A stretch of 64,000 bases of DNA, from positions 96,001 to 160,000 of the forward strand of contig CAVTET010000005.1 of assembly GCA_963733675.1 (NCBI GenBank). The letters are read 5' to 3'. Made by a program: the position numbers and the translations under genes. Below are positions 24,763 to 36,960 of the stretch, piece by piece (within the stretch, counting starts at the first letter, position 1; each line of letters opens with the position of its first letter). The notes beneath the pieces are model-generated. The model was not told the DNA's origin, made no database searches, and worked only from the letters and a program-made list of their open reading frames with translations. The stretch is from an uncultured Methanosarcinaceae archaeon. GTDB taxonomy: Archaea > Halobacteriota > Methanosarcinia > Methanosarcinales > Methanosarcinaceae.

Positions 24763-26294
24763 ATGACTCCGGCAAGAAGACCCCTTTTGCTCGCTATACT
24801 CGATGGGTGGGGGTACAGGGAAGACAAAGAAGGAAATGCTGTCCTGGCAGCCAGAACTCCAAACCTTGATTAGAATATCCCTGGTGTTTTTTAGAAGCGT
24901 CTGGAGAAGCTGTTGGCCTTCCTGAAGGTCAGATGGGAAACTCTGAAGCTGGACATTTAAATATCGGAGCAGGGAGGATAGTGTGCCAAGACCTGACCCG
25001 AATAAACCTCTCTATCAGAAGTGGAGATTTTTTCAAAAACTTCGCTTTTCTGAATGCAATTTCAAATGTAAAGGTCAATGATTCAAGTCTGCACCTTATA
25101 GGACTTGCCTCCTACGGGAGGTGTGCATAGTCATATGGCTCACCTATATGCGCTTATAAAACTTGCACATAAGCACGGACTTCAAAAAGTATATATACAT
25201 GCCTTTTTGGATGGAAGGGACGTACCTCCTAAAACTGCCCTTGGAGACCTAAAAGAACTAGATGCATTTTGTAAGGAAAATGGGGACGCTAAAATCGCAA
25301 CTGTCTCAGGGCGCTATTATGCAATGGACAGAGATAAGCGCTGGGATCGGACAAAACTTGTCTTCGAAGCTCTAACCATGGGAGTTACCAATTATACAGC
25401 CCCTGATGCAGAGACTGCTGTTTTCGAGGCTTATTTAAGGGGAGAGACTGATGAGTTTGTAAAACCGACTATAATCACTGATTCAGAAGGGAAACCTAAA
25501 ACAATCATAAAAGATAATGATTCTGTGATCTTTTTCAATTTTAGGCCAGATCGGGCACGTCAACTTACCTGGGCTTTTGTAAATGAAAACTTTGACGGTT
25601 TCGCGAAGAAAAAACGTCCGAATGTTTACTATGTCTGCATGGTACAGTACGATGAAACCTTGGATGTGTCCGTTGTTTTCCCTCAGGAAGAGCTAGCAAA
25701 CGTGATTGGAAAAGTACTTAGTGAACAAGGACTTATCCAGCTCCGCATTGCCGAAACCGAAAAATATGCATATGTGACTTTTTTCTTGAACGGGGGACAG
25801 GAAAAATGTTATACAGGAGAAGATCGTTGTTTTGATCCATTCTCCAAAGATCGCTACTTATGATCTCAAACCAGGAATGGGCACATATGAAGTTACCGAT
25901 GAGGTTATCAGGAGAATGCAGTCAGGAAAGTATGATGTGATTGTCCTTAATTTCGCAAACATGGATATGGTTGGCCACACCGGAATTTTTGAAGCTGCAG
26001 TAAAGGCAGTAGAAGCTGTGGATAACTGCATTGGCAGGATTATAGCTGCTTTGAAAGAAACCGGAGGTGTAGCACTCATAACTGCAGATCACGGAAATGC
26101 TGAACAAATGATAAACCTGAAAACAGGATGAACCATATACTGCACATACTTCAAATCCGGTAAAATGCATTTACGTAGGGAATGATGAGGTAAAAGCTCT
26201 TAAAACTGGTAAATTGTGTGACCTTGCGCCAACTATTCTTGAACTCCTCAAAGTTCCGAAACCGCAGGAAATGAAAGGAAAATCACTTATCTAG
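24763..26294 (+). pseudogene. gpmI: 2,3-BPG-independent phosphoglycerate mutase
   Basis: [21 protein letters not shown] and TADHGNAE motifs; lesions near 24870, 25115, 25830 and 26128. Confidence 0.92.
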
Positions 26295-26336
26295 GATTTC
26301 GTACTGAGGCGTAAAATTAAGTCCACTGGAAGTTGT

Positions 26337-26425
26337 AGAGAATTTAAATAAACCTCTGATTTTCACGAGTCATTCATATATAATTTATAAGCATATGATA
26401 AAATTAGAAGTTTATCGAAATCCTC
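26337..26425. mobile_element. ~90-bp MITE (family B)
   Basis: Aligns with 10463-10553 (AAACCTCTGATTTTCACG core); right end TTTATCGAAATCCTC. Confidence 0.7.
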
Positions 26426-26571
26426 ATTAGTCATTAAAGTTGTTCCAAAAACTCTAAATGAATGAGAATTAAATGGGTTTTGGGATCAGCTTATGAAATC
26501 TATTGATGGAATTCCTATCAACTTGCTAGTTAGATATTTTTCATTACCTTCCACTCCCTTTTCCAGTTTTT

Positions 26572-28986
26572 TCACTGCCTGCCAAGTTTCTTTTCCGTTT
26601 CCAGGACCGTAAGAGTGATCTTCATAACCGAATCAGGATTGAGTGAAATGGAATCTATCCCCAGTTTTACAAGAAACTCCGCAATTTCAGGAAAGTCACT
26701 CGGAGCTTGTCCACAGATTCCACTGTGTCTTCCATTTCGTTTTGCTCCCTGCACAGCCATTGACATTATTTTCATAATTCCAGGATCTCGCTCATCGAAT
26801 TCTGCAGCAAGAAGTTCGGAGTCTCTATCAACGCCAAGGGTCAGCTGAGTCAGGTCATTTGAGCCTATGGAAAAGCCATCGAAGAATTCGCTGAATTCGT
26901 CGATAAGAAGAACGTTATTTGGAATTTCACACATAACATAGACCTGTAGCCCATTTTCTCCTCTCTTTAACCCATTTTTATCCATCTCAGCAATTACTTT
27001 TCGCGCTTCTTCCAAGGTTCTACAGAAGGGAACCATAAGAATGAGATTTCGAAGCCCCATTTCATTCCTGACCTTTTTCATAGCTCTACACTCAAGGGCA
27101 AAACCTTCTCTATAACGCTCATCAAAATAGCGAGAAGCTCCCCTGAAACCTATCATGGGATTATTTTCCACCATTTCAAAATAGATGCCCCCAAGAAGGC
27201 TTGCATACTCATTAGTTTTGAAATCACTCATGCGGACTACAACTGGTTTCGGATAAAAAGCCGCAACAATAGTCCCAACTCCTTGGGCAAGACGTTCAAC
27301 AAAATATTCCTCTTTATCATAACCTCTTGTAAGCTGTTCGATTTCCCTAAGGACTTTAGAGTCTTTGACTCTTTCAGGGTGTATTAGAGCCATTGGATGG
27401 ATCTTAATATAACTTGTAATGATGAATTCAAGCCTCGCAAGCCCAATTCCATCGTTAGGGATCATGGAAAAAGCAAAAGCTTCTTCAGGATTTCCAAGAT
27501 TCATCATAATCTCGGTTTTTGGGCGTCTAAGATCTTTTAAACTCAGAGTATCTTTATGGAAAGGAAGAATACCATCGTACACAACACCGTCCTCTCCTTC
27601 CGCACAGCTTACTGTAATTTTTCTGCCTGTTGAAAGAACCTCTGTTGCATTGTCTGCTCCTACGATTGCAGGAATTCCTAATTCTCGGCTGACAATTGCA
27701 GCATGACAAGTCCGTCCTCCTTTGTTTGTGACAATTGCCGCTGCCGTTTTCATGACAGGCTCCCAATCAGGAGTTGTGGTGTGCGCAATCAAGATTTCTC
27801 CTGGTTTAAAAGCGGGCAGATTTGAAACATCGGGAATCAAATGAGCTTTTCCGGAAGCAATTTTATCTCCAACACTCTTACCTTTTACAAGGATTTCGGA
27901 TCGCTTTTCAAGTACATAGGTTTCTAGAATGTCTTTGCTTCTCTGGGACTGGACAGTCTCGGGTCTTGCTTGCACTATAAAAAGTTCCCCTGTTATGCCA
28001 TCTTTTGCCCACTCAATATCCATTGGCTTGGGTTCTATATACTTTCCAGAGTAATGGTTTTCGATAGTTATTGCATACCTTGCAAGTTTAAGAACTTCTT
28101 CATCATCAATACAGAAACGAAGCCTATCGGCTTCCGGGACCTCCACGTTTCGGGTCAGCACTTTGGAGTCACCACGCCCGTAGATCATTTTGATTTCTTT
28201 GTCCCCTACTTTTTTCATGATAATCGATTTATACCCTTCCCTGAAAGTCGGCTTGAAGACATAGAACTCATCTGGATTGACCTGGCCCTGCACGATATTT
28301 TCTCCTAGCCCGTATGCACCTGTAATAAAAACTACGTCCTTGAACCCTGTTTCCGTATCCAAAGTGAAAATAACACCGCTTGAAGCTAGATCAGACCTGA
28401 CCATCTTCATAACCCCTATCGAGAGTCCCACTTTAAAATGATCAAAGTCGTTTGTTACGCGATAGGAAATCGCCCTGTCAGTGAAGAGTGAGGCAAAACA
28501 GCGCGAACAGGCATCCCTCAGACCGGGGTAACCCCTTATATTGAGGTAAGTTTCCTGCTGGCCAGCAAAAGAAGCAGTCGGAAGATCCTCAGCAGTTGCC
28601 GAACTCCGTACAGCTACATCCGTATAGTCTCCATACTGTTTGCATAATTTATCATATCCAGTTTTGATTTCTTCCCATAGATCGTCAGGAATTCCTGCTC
28701 CGAGGATCAGATCCCTTGCAATTTTCCCCCTCGTTGCAAGGTCAGCAACATTTGCAGTATCAAGCCCTCCCATCATTTTTCTGAGCTTTTCGAGAATCTC
28801 TCCGGCTTTGAGGGTGTGCCAATAAGCTTCTGCAGTAATTGCAAAGCCGTTAGGGATCTTTATTCCCTTCGAAGTAAGCTCCCTATACATTTCTCCAAGA
28901 GAAGCATTCTTTCCACCCACAAGTGGAACATCGTCAATTGTAGTGTCTTCAAACCAGCGGATGTACTTACTTTTATTCTCAGACAT
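26572..28986 (-). CDS. ppsA: Phosphoenolpyruvate synthase
   Basis: GGKNASLGEM, GGRTCHAAI and FSIGSNDLTQ motifs; intact 804 aa. Confidence 0.97.
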   Translation of the reverse strand: MSENKSKYIRWFEDTTIDDVPLVGGKNASLGEMYRELTSKGIKIPNGFAITAEAYWHTLKAGEILEKLRKMMGGLDTANVADLATRGKIARDLILGAGIPDDLWEEIKTGYDKLCKQYGDYTDVAVRSSATAEDLPTASFAGQQETYLNIRGYPGLRDACSRCFASLFTDRAISYRVTNDFDHFKVGLSIGVMKMVRSDLASSGVIFTLDTETGFKDVVFITGAYGLGENIVQGQVNPDEFYVFKPTFREGYKSIIMKKVGDKEIKMIYGRGDSKVLTRNVEVPEADRLRFCIDDEEVLKLARYAITIENHYSGKYIEPKPMDIEWAKDGITGELFIVQARPETVQSQRSKDILETYVLEKRSEILVKGKSVGDKIASGKAHLIPDVSNLPAFKPGEILIAHTTTPDWEPVMKTAAAIVTNKGGRTCHAAIVSRELGIPAIVGADNATEVLSTGRKITVSCAEGEDGVVYDGILPFHKDTLSLKDLRRPKTEIMMNLGNPEEAFAFSMIPNDGIGLARLEFIITSYIKIHPMALIHPERVKDSKVLREIEQLTRGYDKEEYFVERLAQGVGTIVAAFYPKPVVVRMSDFKTNEYASLLGGIYFEMVENNPMIGFRGASRYFDERYREGFALECRAMKKVRNEMGLRNLILMVPFCRTLEEARKVIAEMDKNGLKRGENGLQVYVMCEIPNNVLLIDEFSEFFDGFSIGSNDLTQLTLGVDRDSELLAAEFDERDPGIMKIMSMAVQGAKRNGRHSGICGQAPSDFPEIAEFLVKLGIDSISLNPDSVMKITLTVLETEKKLGRQ

Positions 28987-29324
28987 TTACCAGAAATCTC
29001 CTTTAAAAGTATTGTTGTGAATAAGAATTATGGCAATAAACTAAAAATTTCATACATTAGTTGGAAAGTTTCTCCTAATCAGTACAGTATAATTCTTTGA
29101 TTAAGTATGTTCCATTTGTAATGTAGGCATTAATGAGACTTATAATCTAAATAAAATTATATAAGATTAAATGAATAAAAAATTACTGTCAATGGTTTAA
29201 CACAACCAATCTCAGGACAACTTTATCCACAATGTCGAATGTACTTAATTTTCCACCCCAAATCCATGAGTCCTACTTTTATATCTTCACACTCAGATTT
29301 ATAAGGTAATTTGGAACTTGCAAT

Positions 29325-29602
29325 CATTCAGAGTTTATAACATTCTGTGGTTTCCCCTCAATGAATTTTTCTACATTTTGGACACAGATACTTGTGCATT
29401 CTTCCAGGGATTCATGCGATAGAAAAGCTATGTGTGGAGTAAGCACTACATTTTCAAATCTCATCAGCGGGCTATCTAATGGAAGCGGTTATTTATCAAA
29501 AACATCAAGATCTGCTCCACCAATCTGTTTTTCTCTAAGAGCTTTTATGAGAGCAACTTCATCGACTATCTTTCCTCTAGCTGCATTTATAAGAAAGGCA
29601 GT
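29325..29602 (-). pseudogene. D-2-hydroxyacid dehydrogenase 3' remnant
   Basis: [15 protein letters not shown]...LDVF...NVVLTPHIAF with an internal TAA. Confidence 0.8.
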
Positions 29603-29620
29603 GGTTCAAGGACTTGAACT

Positions 29621-29970
29621 ATGAAACATGTCAGGTTAATTCTTGCCCCAGAGACTGCCGATGCATATTACAATTTTTGAACAAAGCATTAGACTCAAAA
29701 CAGAAAGAAGTAATCTTAAATGCATTTCTTCAGAAAGTGGAATTGATCAAAGAGAATGTCCATTATGGACAACCAATTGCCAAAAAACTGATTCCTGTTG
29801 AATACAAAACCAAATATGGAATCACGAACTTGTTTAGAGTGGAGCTTCCTAATTTTTGGATAATGCTTTACACGCTTACAGCAGGAAGTTCAGGTATTGA
29901 AATTATCGTATTAGTTCTTGACATAATCAATCATAAAAAATACGATAAGAAATTTGGATACAAAAAATAA
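29621..29970 (+). pseudogene. RelE/ParE-like toxin, frameshifted; preceded by the 3' tip of a probable antitoxin
   Basis: MKHVRLILAPETADAY, then frame change to FLNK...NLFRVELPNFW.MLYTL...HKKYDKKFGY; ATGA overlap with AVVQGLEL*. Confidence 0.55.
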
Positions 29971-30085
29971 ATCAAAGTTAATAACGCTTTTTTAATGTTC
30001 TTCACGAGTTCATTTCGGTTTGAGGCGGTAATCGATCCTATACGCTATATTCCTGTATGATGCAGAACAGCTGTGTTCAGAAAAG

Positions 30086-30154
30086 GGTTCCGTTGCAAAA
30101 AATCTGGCTATTTTACAAAAGCAGTGAAAAACTTCACAGTTAGTGAGTTTAATC
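30086..30154. mobile_element. Truncated IS6-MITE (family A)
   Basis: GGTTCCGTTGCAAAAAATCTGGCT..., homologous to the 1824 end of the 1676-1824 MITE. Confidence 0.7.
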
Positions 30155-31310
30155 AAACAAGTATCCGGAAGTTAAAAAGAAGCGATAAGGGAATATTTCA
30201 GTTCTCAAGATTTCAATCAAACTCGAGTTGCATCTGATACCCTCAGGATCAAAACATAGATTACAGGATATACACATTGCCTTTTTAGCCTCTCCAGACT
30301 TAAGTTTCAAAATGAGATCTGGTTCACGGATAAATGGCCTACCCATGGAAACCAAATCTGCAAATCCTCCCTTAAGCAGATTCTCCATAATAGAAAGAGA
30401 CCGAATGCCCCCTACAAGCATTACAGGGATATTTACTGTTTTTTATATTGCTTTAGAATATTCCCTAAAATATGCTTCTTCAGTAGGAGAATTAATTTCT
30501 GTTCTTACAGTTACTTCACCCGCCTCCCTGATCCCGCCGCTAACCTCGATTGAGCATATTCCAGCTTTCTCCAGAAGTTTTGCAGTCTCCACAACCTGCA
30601 AAATATTAATTCCAAGCTCTGCTTTTTGCGAGTCCGGTTGAAAACCATCCGTTGCATTCAATTTGACAAGAATCGGTAAATCAGACCCAGCTTGTTTTTT
30701 TATTTGCCTGACAATCTCTGTGACCATTCTTGTCCGATTTCCCACTGAGCCCCCCAGCCATCAGCTCTTCTATTGTATAGGGAGAAATGAAATTACTTAA
30801 AAGAAAACCGTGGGCACAATGAAGCTGTACTCCATCAAAACCTGCTTTTTTTGCTCAGATAGCTGCTTTTGTAAAAGCCGCAATTACTTCCAGTATTTCC
30901 TTTTCAGTTATTTCCTTAGGTACAACTCCCGATAGTTCATTTTTGATTTCCGAAGGAGCTAGAGAAATCGGGTATTCTTCAGAAACTACTGCCTGCCTCC
31001 CTCCATGCACTATTAATCTAAAGTATAATTTTGCTTCGTACCTGTGCACTATTTCTGTTATCTTCATGTAGGATTCAATAAAACGATCGTCATAGATCCT
31101 CTGCTGGTAAATCATACTCTGTCCACCAGGAAATACATACGAAAAACCTGTTATGATCAACCCTACGTCATTTTTTGCAAGCTCCTCATAAATGTCTCCG
31201 ATTTTGGGAGTGGGCTTTGCATCTTCTTCGGCCATGAATTCATGCGTTGCAGACTTTACAAAGTGGTTCTGAAGATTCAAATTGCAGACTGTAATAGGAT
31301 CAAAAATCAT
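30149..31310 (-). pseudogene. NADH:flavin oxidoreductase (OYE family), fragmented
   Basis: [26 protein letters not shown] and GRPFIREP motifs over several frames. Confidence 0.88.
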
Positions 31311-31518
31311 GGAAAATGATAAGTTAGAGCAAGATAAATAATTAACCAAGATTCCTGGGAAAAGATAATTTTTACCCAATAATTTTTTTATAACTGGATC
31401 ATTCTTTGTATGCTTCATTCCAGTCCAAAATAATCTTCTCACGACTAAAATTTAGTTACCATTTTGATATTTGACTAAATGAAATACCTAGCTAATAGTA
31501 AGGTTCTTTATAATCTTA

Positions 31519-32355
31519 CTAGCCGATGCGGATTCCCAACGCGTAAGCTGTGATAATGCTTGGATCTGGATATAAAACGTCCTTAGATGCAGCGCTGAAA
31601 CTCTGAGCTTGTGAGGTAGAGGGTTCTAATTTCCAAAGAAAATTTCCCAACTCATTCCAATGAACTTCAGCTCCACCACCCACTAAGGCAAAGCCGGGCT
31701 TCACTAAAGCAACAGCTTCTGGATGAGTTGTTTGGTTAGAATCGGCTTTTGTGATTGCTACCGTGACTATGCCAACTGAAATATTTTTTTTGATACATAT
31801 TGCAAATACCTGAAGGTTAGAAGGGTCTGAGATACCGTGATCCTTAGAACAAGCCTTCCAAGAAAACTCTGTTATAGGGAAGGAAGCTGTTCCAAGGTTT
31901 CCAGCTCCATGCCAATCTACCCTGAACCCTCCGCCAACTAGTACAAAATTATCAGATGGAATACCAGTTTCAGCTTCAGGATGTGATGCCACTCCACTAG
32001 CAGCCGTACTGACGTACATTGACTCTAGCAATTGCTGCCTGCTCATTCCCTTAATCTTTATTCCGATTACATGGGTGATTAGCTCATGTGGATGAGGATA
32101 CTCGTGATCTTTAGAACTAACAATCCATCCAGATAGATCATTGTTCGGGTAAGAGGCAGTCAATAATGCTCGATAAGGAGAGTGATCAGTAGTTTGGCCA
32201 CCACCGCCGATAGCTAGCATATCATCGTCACCGACTAATATTTCTTCATCTATCCATTGTTCTTTCGGAGGACTGGATATGTGTGAGAATACAGACACGG
32301 TGATTAATCCTGAAGTGTCATTAAATGTAATGCTGCCAGTTCCCACTGAGCTCAT
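31519..32355 (-). CDS. Hypothetical protein with three internal beta-rich repeats
   Basis: Three L.GGG...S.KD...P.....AI/LGI repeats; intact 278 aa; AGGTGA RBS. Confidence 0.75.
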   Translation of the reverse strand: MSSVGTGSITFNDTSGLITVSVFSHISSPPKEQWIDEEILVGDDDMLAIGGGGQTTDHSPYRALLTASYPNNDLSGWIVSSKDHEYPHPHELITHVIGIKIKGMSRQQLLESMYVSTAASGVASHPEAETGIPSDNFVLVGGGFRVDWHGAGNLGTASFPITEFSWKACSKDHGISDPSNLQVFAICIKKNISVGIVTVAITKADSNQTTHPEAVALVKPGFALVGGGAEVHWNELGNFLWKLEPSTSQAQSFSAASKDVLYPDPSIITAYALGIRIG

Positions 32356-33092
32356 GTTGAATCACCTAGTTCTGTTGTAGTGATCTCACGCTTTTTCTGC
32401 CTATATTTCTTTAAAATTAGTATTTTTTAATTATTCCCATTATGTAAGGAGCTATATAAAATCTTTGCTTATTTATAAGTATGATAATATTTTAAAAATC
32501 CACATTGCTTAAACTAACAAAAAAGGTAAATTTTGATCTTTTTATCAATGAAATTTTTTTGCAATCATGTAAAATTTGATATAAGCATTTTTTCACTCAT
32601 AAAAAATTATCTCTTCGATCAGGAAATTGGAATTCACAATTTCATTACTAGTTTTTAAACTTTGCATCGATAAAGGAAGCTTTTCTTCAATCTGGTGTTA
32701 AACGTTTTGATAGAACTTATTCCTTACAAACGCTCTCTTGCAATTCTACTTGTATATTCATATTTAATATGGAATGATGGAGTTTACAGGCACGTAGATA
32801 AAAATCAGGTTTCTGCGGCTTTGTGTGGATTGAAAATAATTATCCAATTGAATAAGGATTTCTAAAATAATAAAAATTATTATAAATATTTAATTGTTTT
32901 GTTGATTGTGAAAAATTTGATATGATATCGTTTTTTGTTTAGAAACTATTTTTCGTGTAATTAATTTAAAATAATTGTGAAGCACTTAGAAATAAGTGCG
33001 AATTAAATGCTGAAACAACAAGTTAGTAAATAAAAAAGGATACTTACTATTTTAATCAGAAAAGTAGATTATATATAATTTTGGAGGATGAA

Positions 33093-33733
33093 ATGAAAGT
33101 TCTTTATGTTTATGCACATCCTGAACCTAACTCATTAACTCTGCGCTGAAAGATATCGCTCTTGATACACTGAAAGGAACAGGACATGAAATAATACTTT
33201 CCGATCTTTATGCAATGAAATTTAACCCTGTTCTAACAGCCACAGACTTCCCAGAACGAAAAAATTTGCAGGTGTTTAAACCTTTTTTTGAAGCTATCAA
33301 GGCATCAAAGGAAGGAACTTTTGCTCCGGACATTAAAAGAGAGATGGAAAAAGTGAAATGGGCTAACATGTTAATTTTTCAGTTCCCGATTTACTTCACA
33401 GCAATGCCAGCAATTATGAAAGGCTGGATAGACCGCGTTCTGGCTCCAGGATTTGGTTTTAATCCAATCACTAACAGTATCTATGATACCGGCCTTTTAA
33501 AAGGCAAATACGCAATGGTTGTTACCACCACAGGATCTTCAAAAACGAAGTATTCTGAAGGAGGAGCACATGGAGACCTTAACAAACACCTAGAGTCATT
33601 AACTCACTGTGTATTTGAAGATATGGGATTGAAAGTTCTTCCTTCATATATAATTTATGAAGTGAGTAGTATGTCCAGAGAAAAAGGAACTGAAGAACTG
33701 AAAAATTACAAGACCCAGTTGCTTAAATTTTGA
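33093..33733 (+). pseudogene. NAD(P)H-dependent quinone oxidoreductase (flavodoxin-2, KefF-like), frameshifted
   Basis: MKVLYVYAHPEPNS, frame change near 33137, then FQFPIY..MPAIMKGWIDRV. Confidence 0.85.
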
Positions 33734-34708
33734 CTTTAGGAAAGAAAGCTTAAAACGCATCATCACAAATACGGAGTATAGAAACAAGGAGAATAAACTC
33801 AAAAAAATGGTTACATTGCGAATTTGTTTTAAATTCTAAAACAAACCGTGACTGATGAGAAGTTGGTTTAGTTCTGGTGTAACTGGCTGTGAAACCCTTG
33901 AGTTGATCAGTGAATATGGACCTACTATCTCAACATCGGCTAGTTTAAGTTTTGGACCATTCTCGGGGGAGGGTGGCTACTCACATAGCTCGTCAAAAGA
34001 GATTTTCAAGTCAACAGCGGGGTCTCTGAAAATACAGGTTTGTATGTGGATTCTTGAAATGCGTTCTCTGGAGAATTTGGAAGGCGGGTATACAAGAAAA
34101 CAAATGTTGTTTCAGAGAATAAAAACGAGAATGTTGAAATTATCGGCAAGGACGCCGATGTAATTAGACAGAAAATTTTAGATAAGCTTAGATAGCTTCC
34201 TAAAAAACCGACTGTGTCGATTATATTGTTTATGAGTCGTTTTTTGGCTTTGCTGTCTTCTATTCCAGCTTTAGTAGTATTAATATGGCATATAATTTAA
34301 AGTGGACTGAATCTGCAGATCAGGGGTTTTCAATGATCTCTGCAATTCGCATTGGTATATTATATATGTCACTTTGTGGAGGGTCAAAGCCACAATAATT
34401 TGTATAGTTTAAGTTATATGAACAAAAGTTTGTAACAAATAAACAAAGTGGTTTATTAGAGTTGCACTTAATATTTCTGATTATTTCGAAGGTAGATATA
34501 ACTTTCCTTAGTACTACTTTACAAAAAAAATATGCACGCTGCCTAAATCTGACTTTAAAAGGACCTACCAATGAAGCTAGGAATTTTATTAGAAATCCAA
34601 TTGTAACTCCTAAATCTAGATACATATTTATTGTTCTTAACTTAGTTTTGATCGTGAAGTGAACTTGAGACAGCCTGGATAGGTATTTATAACAGTTAGT
34701 GGCAATTT

Positions 34709-36001
34709 TTATGGAGTAGTCTGCATCTCTACGAAACTAATTCTAAGATTGATATTTTCACCTGTAACTTTTGTCAAACGTGCATCAGCCTTACTGGCTA
34801 AGTCTTTTGGGACTTGCTGGTATGATTTACGATTTATGGTGATTGATACATCCACAGGTTTTTTCAACAAGGGGTCTGTAGCATCGTAATCAACCATAAC
34901 TGTGGAAATTGATAAACTTATATTTGCATATTCAGATTCTTCAAGCATTACTGTCATTTCATTTTTTACTTGCTTTTTAATTAAATTTGTTTCAACAGAA
35001 GAATAGGTCGCTAGTGCAAAAGTTGTAGAAAGCAGACAGAGCATAAGCGCAAAAAAAATTAGGTGAGAAAAAACAGCGGTTTGAGCATATTTAGCTTCTC
35101 TCATACCCTTCGGACGGAAACCAGAAATCCACAGCATGATTAATGCTGCTACATTGATAGCAAGCAAATTAACAAGTAGAAGCACGGCGACTGTAATTGC
35201 AACGTTAGGTAAACCCCACGCAAATCCAAGCCCTGAAGCCGCCGCGGGAGGGTTGAGAGCAATTGCAATTGCTACACCAACGAGAGTAGCTCCTTCACTC
35301 CTTATTACGCTTAGAGCTCCTGCGATACCAATACATAAAGCAAGGAAAAATGATATGAATGTCAGGTCAGTTCTTTCGGCTATTTGTGGAATTTTCGCAA
35401 TATTTAAATCTGGTGATACAATTATTGAATTTCTTAGAAGTATTCTAATAACAGCCGCGACTGCAATTGCAAGCAGTATTCTAACCACCTGCAATTTTAT
35501 TCCTCTAGAAGCAAGTTTCCTGTCATTAAGAACAGTTCCTATACTTGCAGAAATTGCTGGGCCTATAAGTGGAGATACTACCATCGCATCAATGACTGTT
35601 GCTGCGGAATTAAGCAAGAGACCGCCAGTTGCCATAATCGTGCTCAGGATAATAAACATAAGATAAGTAGAAGTGTCAGGGGCAAGTTCTTCTGCTCGTG
35701 AAATCAACTCTTCACTTGAAATACGTGTTTCTTTATACCGTTGCTTCAGAGCTGTAGTGTGTGATGATATAACACTCTCAGGTACCAGGATAATTTTATA
35801 TGCATCATCGCTAAGCCCCGCTGTTTGTAATTTATCAAGTACCAGTTCCACACCCATAGAAGAAATTGGAAATTGGACCAGAGCTTCAAAGCCTTTTCCA
35901 CTTGTTTCGTCAGAAATAGAATAGTCAATCCTTTAAGAATCTAGCACTGCTTGTACAAGCTGTTGCATTCCTACTGGAACATATATCTGAACAAGACGCA
36001 T
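34709..36001 (-). pseudogene. TIGR00341/DUF389 membrane protein with early nonsense codon
   Basis: MRLVQIYVP start at 36001 and in-frame TAA at codon 23; GLLLNS...AMVVSPLIGP and LVGVAIAIAL.PP motifs. Confidence 0.85.
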
Positions 36002-36277
36002 AATATTAATATGCATATTCTATTATTAACTTATCAGATAATCCATTTTATTTTCAAGTATGTATAGTTTCCAGGATTTTTTTAACTAAAAAAGTCATTA
36101 GTTATTCAAAATATAAGATTTCAGTACTTCACCAAATGGATCGGATACTTAGTAAATTTCACTCAATTTGATGAGTTCTACAAAAAAACAATGTTTAATC
36201 AGGCGGCTTCCAAAAGATGCTTGATTCTACAATTGGGACAAAATATTATACTAGAAGTTCAATTTTATACTTTAATT

Positions 36278-36320
<43 letters not shown>

Positions 36321-36599
36321 GTAAATTTGATTTGTATTCGGTTAAGATACTCAACGCTCAGAAAGTGTTATTTTTATGCTAAATATCTAACATTCAAATG
36401 GAAAATCACTGTACACGGTATTCAAAGTTGTGCACAAAATTCTTTGACCGGTGATAGATAAAATCATATCATTTCTCATCTTCTTTTATGGAATTGGAAG
36501 CTGGAGCCTGGATATCTTTTTTGCTTGTAGCTAGCTGCGTCAGAGCAATTTTGATTTACTTTCCACTACTTATTGTGAAATTTTTTCAAATAAATATCT

Positions 36600-36960
36600 G
36601 CATGGTTATTTTGTCTTTTCTATCATTGATCTGTCTGAAAACTTCTTATAAATCCGTTCAAAAGAAAAGCAGAAAATAATCGTAATTATAAGCAGTACCA
36701 GAGTGAGTTTTGAATTCACAAATATTATAACATGCCAGCACTTCAAAGAAAATTAGGCTGCACATAAATAAAGTCCAGATAAGCCAGGATCTTGCTCTGG
36801 TTTATTTCAATTGGTGTAGATGAGAATGATAAAGCTGATTATGAGTAGGGGAGCACTTGCTAGCATGCCGATTCTATCCAAAGGGATAAAATTAGCTAAG
36901 AGGATGACAATGCTTGATGTAATTAAAAGTCCTTCTGTATCTATTTTCCATTGTTTATTT
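36600..36960 (-). pseudogene. Second APC permease 3' remnant, cut by IS6
   Basis: WKIDTEGLLITSSIVILLANFIPLDRIGMLAS matches the C-terminus of the 695-1612 ORF. Confidence 0.75.

Noticed and set aside
32770-32830. Fluoride riboswitch-like GATGGAGTT
   Set aside because: No closing stem, no downstream GATGACTCC partner, and no fluoride exporter gene.
33855-34662. Short ORFs 33855-34163, 34320-34625 and 34462-34662
   Set aside because: No assignable family; probably decayed fragments.
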